A stretch of 64,000 nt of DNA from Candidatus Babeliales bacterium. GTDB taxonomy: Bacteria; Babelota; Babeliae; Babelales; JACPOV01. Of this stretch, positions 60,758 through 64,000 are shown in pieces. The notes beneath the pieces are model-generated. The model saw only the letters and a list, made by a program, of their open reading frames with translations. It did not search any database and had not been told where the DNA came from. The stretch spans positions 96,001-160,000 of the forward strand of contig JBFWNW010000001.1 of assembly GCA_050250855.1 (NCBI GenBank), given 5' to 3'. The stretch's first letter is position 1; each line of letters starts with the position of its first letter. Position numbers and translations under genes: made by a program.

Positions 60758-61801
60758 ATGAAGAATTTAATTCTTTGTTTAGTATTGTTTCGTAACCTTT
60801 TAGGAAATGTTGACTATTTAGAAGTACCTTCATTAAAAGATACCAATATTTTAGCATATAAAGCGGGTGTTCGTCCCTATAGGAAAACAGGAATTCGCTT
60901 AGAGGCAGAGTGGTATAATAAAAAATTGCTTATTCATAATTATGGCCATGGTGGCGCAGGGCTTACACTTTCATGGGGTAGCGCGCAAGAGGTTTTTAAT
61001 ATATTAAACCAAGAGATTAATGCGCATAAAGAGTTAGATAAAGAAAAAACAATAGCAATTATCGGTGGTGGCATTGTAGGTCTTTGTGTTGCTGATATAT
61101 TACTTGAGCATGGTTATAGCGTAAAAATGTATGCAGAAAAAAAATATCATGAGACTACATCTAATGTAGCAGCAGGATTTTTTGGTGCATTTTCAGTTGC
61201 AATAGCAGATGATGAAGATAAAAAACAGCAATTTGATCGAATACTTAAATGGTCAGAAAAAAAATTGCTAGAGCTCTATGAATCTGAAGATCAATGTATC
61301 AAGGGTATTACTTATACAGATTTTTATATTTTTAATACTGAAAATGAGCAAGATACTGTACATTTTAGTAATGGTATGGAAGCTACCTGTCGTAAAAAAA
61401 ATAAATTTATTATGAAAGGCCCCCTTTACCTTGAAAGTATTTTTAACAAGGTTGCAGCGCATGGAGCTCAAATAATAGAAAAACGATTTGATACTCTTAA
61501 TGACATTTTAGGATTACCAGAATCAATTATTATCAATTGCACAGGAATGGGAGCTAAGATTCTTTTTAATGATCCAGATCTTATTGGTATTAAAGGACAC
61601 CTTGTTCATATAGAAAAAAATAATTTTGATGTTCTTATTGGAAATGATGGAACTGATTCATTCTTCATTATGCCGTGGGAAGATAGACTTGTTTTAGGAA
61701 GTAGATTTGTCCAGGAATATGATAATGATAGTTGTGAAATTGACATAGAACAATGTTGTAAAGTTTTGGAATTAGCCAGAAAATTTTTTAATACAAAATA
61801 A
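60758..61801 (+). CDS. D-amino-acid oxidase-like FAD oxidoreductase, circularly permuted
   Basis: GVRPYR..HNYGHGGAGLTLSWG precedes IAIIGGGIVG; TSNVAAG; INCTGMGA; KGH. Confidence 0.82.
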   Translation: MKNLILCLVLFRNLLGNVDYLEVPSLKDTNILAYKAGVRPYRKTGIRLEAEWYNKKLLIHNYGHGGAGLTLSWGSAQEVFNILNQEINAHKELDKEKTIAIIGGGIVGLCVADILLEHGYSVKMYAEKKYHETTSNVAAGFFGAFSVAIADDEDKKQQFDRILKWSEKKLLELYESEDQCIKGITYTDFYIFNTENEQDTVHFSNGMEATCRKKNKFIMKGPLYLESIFNKVAAHGAQIIEKRFDTLNDILGLPESIIINCTGMGAKILFNDPDLIGIKGHLVHIEKNNFDVLIGNDGTDSFFIMPWEDRLVLGSRFVQEYDNDSCEIDIEQCCKVLELARKFFNTK

Positions 61802-61892
61802 TTAAAAAAATATCGCTTGAATTTCTATGCGATTATATTAGAACCCGAATAGGTTGTGTAGAAAGAACTATCAAAAAAAGAAAGGACCTATT

Positions 61893-61970
61893 ATGAAAAA
61901 ATTTTATACAAAAGATGCTATGTGCCCAAAATGCAAAAAGAAAAAAGAAGCATGCAAATGCCGAAAATAA
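61893..61970 (+). CDS. Putative 25-aa Cys/Lys-rich microprotein
   Basis: AAAGGA RBS; MKKFYTKDAMCPKCKKKKEACKCRK*. Confidence 0.45.
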   Translation: MKKFYTKDAMCPKCKKKKEACKCRK

Positions 61971-62003
61971 TTTTTGTATACTAGCAGATTTTTCAGGCGG
62001 ATG

Positions 62004-62852
62004 TTAATCATCCGCCATTTTTTTTGCTTGGATAATTGCATAAGGACAAAGATAGTTAATAGAACCATTTTCATTTTCTGGATATAGTTTTAGATATTCA
62101 TCAATTACGGTATCTAAAAATTCATTATGTAAACTTTCATTAAGTATTTCAATGCCGATCGGCAAAGCTTGCAAGTGCTTTTTGAACTGAGCACAAGAAG
62201 AGAAAATATTAAATTTTTTTATACATTGATAAGTAATCTCTGAGCAACCTAACTTGGCAAGTTCTTTTTTGCATTGTTTAGGGTTTATCAAATGCAGCGG
62301 AAAAGCATACTGTTTAAAATGGTCTGACCATCTTGATGATAGCAATGCGGCTTTATAGGCAGTTACTATAGGTTGTTCATCATCAATAGTGGCGATAAAA
62401 AGAAGAGAGCCTCCTGGTTTTAATGCTCTTACTATCTGCGCTAAAGCTGTTTTTATATCTTGTATCCAGTGAAGGCAAAAAAATGATGTTACATAATCAA
62501 ATTCATCTTGAAAGGCAAGATCAGTCGCATCATGCTGCATAAATGATACGTTGGGAATATGAGCATAATGTTCTTGAGCAAACTTAATCATACTCGATGA
62601 AATATCAATACCAATGACAGATCCATACGGTACTTTTTCTGCAAGTAAGGTAGAAATTTTTCCAGCTCCACAGCCAATATCAAGAATTTTTTTATCAGGA
62701 GCAAATTCATATTCGGCTACTATCTTTTGAGCAATGCCATTTTGGCGTTGTGCGTCTCTGTTATAGCGTTGCGCGTGCCACGGTAGTGAATTTTCAGCAC
62801 TGCATGCTGATGATAAAAATAAAGAGCATATAAGATAGAATAATAATACCAT
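62004..62852 (-). CDS. Class I SAM methyltransferase (trans-aconitate MTase-like) with signal peptide
   Basis: ILDIGCGAG, GIDISSSMI, FFCLHWI, LKPGG. Confidence 0.85.
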   Translation of the reverse strand: MVLLFYLICSLFLSSACSAENSLPWHAQRYNRDAQRQNGIAQKIVAEYEFAPDKKILDIGCGAGKISTLLAEKVPYGSVIGIDISSSMIKFAQEHYAHIPNVSFMQHDATDLAFQDEFDYVTSFFCLHWIQDIKTALAQIVRALKPGGSLLFIATIDDEQPIVTAYKAALLSSRWSDHFKQYAFPLHLINPKQCKKELAKLGCSEITYQCIKKFNIFSSCAQFKKHLQALPIGIEILNESLHNEFLDTVIDEYLKLYPENENGSINYLCPYAIIQAKKMADD

Positions 62853-63012
62853 AGTTTTTTGCCCCTTTCTTTAAACATTGATTCTAAATTATACCGTAAA
62901 AAAAGTAAGAGCATGAGGTCAACAATTAAAGATAAACTATTGACGGTGATCAGGTACTTTTTTTAAAGTATGGAAAGGTTAAAAAGCATTAAGAAATTTA
63001 TGAAGGGTTGCG

Positions 63013-63345
63013 ATGAATATTTATGATAATGCACGAGATCTATTTTTAGGATTAGTATGTGCTTTATTAATACCATTAACCGTTATCTATGGCTTGGAAT
63101 TTTTAGGGATATATCAAGATTATATGTATTTTTATTATTCCTTAGCAGCAGGGATTTTATTCATAATACTAGGTGCTTTTTTAAAATTAGGATTTATAGG
63201 TAGTGGATTCATTTTAGGCGGTGTACTTACTATTGTTTTATCAATGGGGCCCAGAAGTGCTATGTCAGGAGTAAAAATTGCTTCACTTTTAGGTGTTTTT
63301 CTTTTGATTATTGGTCTTACTGTTTTTTTAAAAAGAAAAAGTTAA
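63013..63345 (+). CDS. Small integral membrane protein (paralog A)
   Basis: About 4 TM; near-identical blocks with 63369..63710. Confidence 0.75.
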   Translation: MNIYDNARDLFLGLVCALLIPLTVIYGLEFLGIYQDYMYFYYSLAAGILFIILGAFLKLGFIGSGFILGGVLTIVLSMGPRSAMSGVKIASLLGVFLLIIGLTVFLKRKS

Positions 63346-63368
63346 ATTTTTATGAAAGGAGAATTGCT

Positions 63369-63710
63369 ATGACGCTTTATGATAACGTACGTGATCTATT
63401 TTTAGGATTTGCGTTTGCTTTACTAATACCGTTTACTTTTTTTTATGGCATGCATTATGCAGGGTATGATTGTTCAACGGATTTTGCTTTCTATATAATT
63501 CTTGCAGCAGGGATTTTATTTATAATCCTGGGTGCTTTTTTAAAGTTAGGATTTATAGGTGGCGGGAGCATTTTAGGGGGTGTATTTACGATTGTTTATG
63601 GCTATTTGTGCGTGTGGCATAAAATAACAGTGGGAATCAAGTTTGCAACACTTTTAGGAGCATTGGGTGTGATTATTGCTCTTGCACTTTTTTTAAAAAG
63701 AAAAAGTTAG
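63369..63710 (+). CDS. Small integral membrane protein (paralog B)
   Basis: Shares YDN.RDLFLG, AAGILFIILGAFLKLGFIG and FLKRKS* with paralog A. Confidence 0.75.
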   Translation: MTLYDNVRDLFLGFAFALLIPFTFFYGMHYAGYDCSTDFAFYIILAAGILFIILGAFLKLGFIGGGSILGGVFTIVYGYLCVWHKITVGIKFATLLGALGVIIALALFLKRKS

Positions 63711-63729
63711 ATTAAAAAAAGGGTAATAA

Positions 63730-64000
63730 ATGAAAGCAATTTGGAAAGGCTCTTTGCTTATTGGTAAGCTTGAAATTCCTGTAAAATTATATGCAGCTGT
63801 AGAAGCTCATAGTCTTGGTTTTCGTTTAGTGCATGCAAAATGCCATACGCCACTTAATTATCAGCGTATTTGCCCAAAATGCAAAAAAAAGATTGCTTGG
63901 AATGATGTTGATAAAGCTATGGAACTTGCTGATGGTTCATTTTTTATTATTACACCAGAAAAGTTAGAAACATTAAAGCCAGAATCGCTTGATGAAATAA
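63730..64000 (+). CDS. ku: NHEJ Ku protein (5' part; runs off the window)
   Basis: MKAIWKGSL.IG..EIPVKLYAA...HAKC..PLNYQRICPKC; not in the ORF track. Confidence 0.88.
   Translation, partial: MKAIWKGSLLIGKLEIPVKLYAAVEAHSLGFRLVHAKCHTPLNYQRICPKCKKKIAWNDVDKAMELADGSFFIITPEKLETLKPESLDEI

Noticed and set aside
61923..63890. Shared tgcccaaaatgcaaaaa (CPKCKK) between the micro-ORF and Ku
   Set aside because: Short, A-rich and explained by common CxxC coding; no further similarity

Overview
AT-rich bacterial chromosome segment, most consistent with an intracellular parasite of protists. The inference is Dependentiae/TM6 (Babeliota)-like, from the many signal-peptide ankyrin, F-box-like and coiled-coil proteins; it needs confirming with the 16S. 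Core genes include cysS, bamA, trxA, pyrE-like, a pilC/gspF-type gene, HIT, prfB, gmk, a complete rRNA operon (16S-tRNA-Ile-tRNA-Ala-23S-5S), four more tRNAs and a partial Ku gene. Three things stand out. (1) A ~14.7-kb tandem array of five secreted, Cys-rich beta-helix paralogs shares an 'RS' motif, a 'CEKFxxTWT' stalk repeat (expanded to 12 tandem units in the last gene, which also has an inserted 7-blade propeller) and a conserved C-terminal motif. (2) A family of modular palindromic intergenic repeats shows compensatory base changes and invariant GAA/TGAG internal loops; the modules insert into one another and are fused to the CCA ends of three tRNAs. (3) Candidate host-directed effectors include two ankyrin-like proteins ending in CaaX prenylation motifs (one with an F-box-like motif), a PPP phosphatase, a caspase-fold protease and several normally cytoplasmic enzymes with signal peptides. 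All product calls come from motif recognition by eye; no searches were run.
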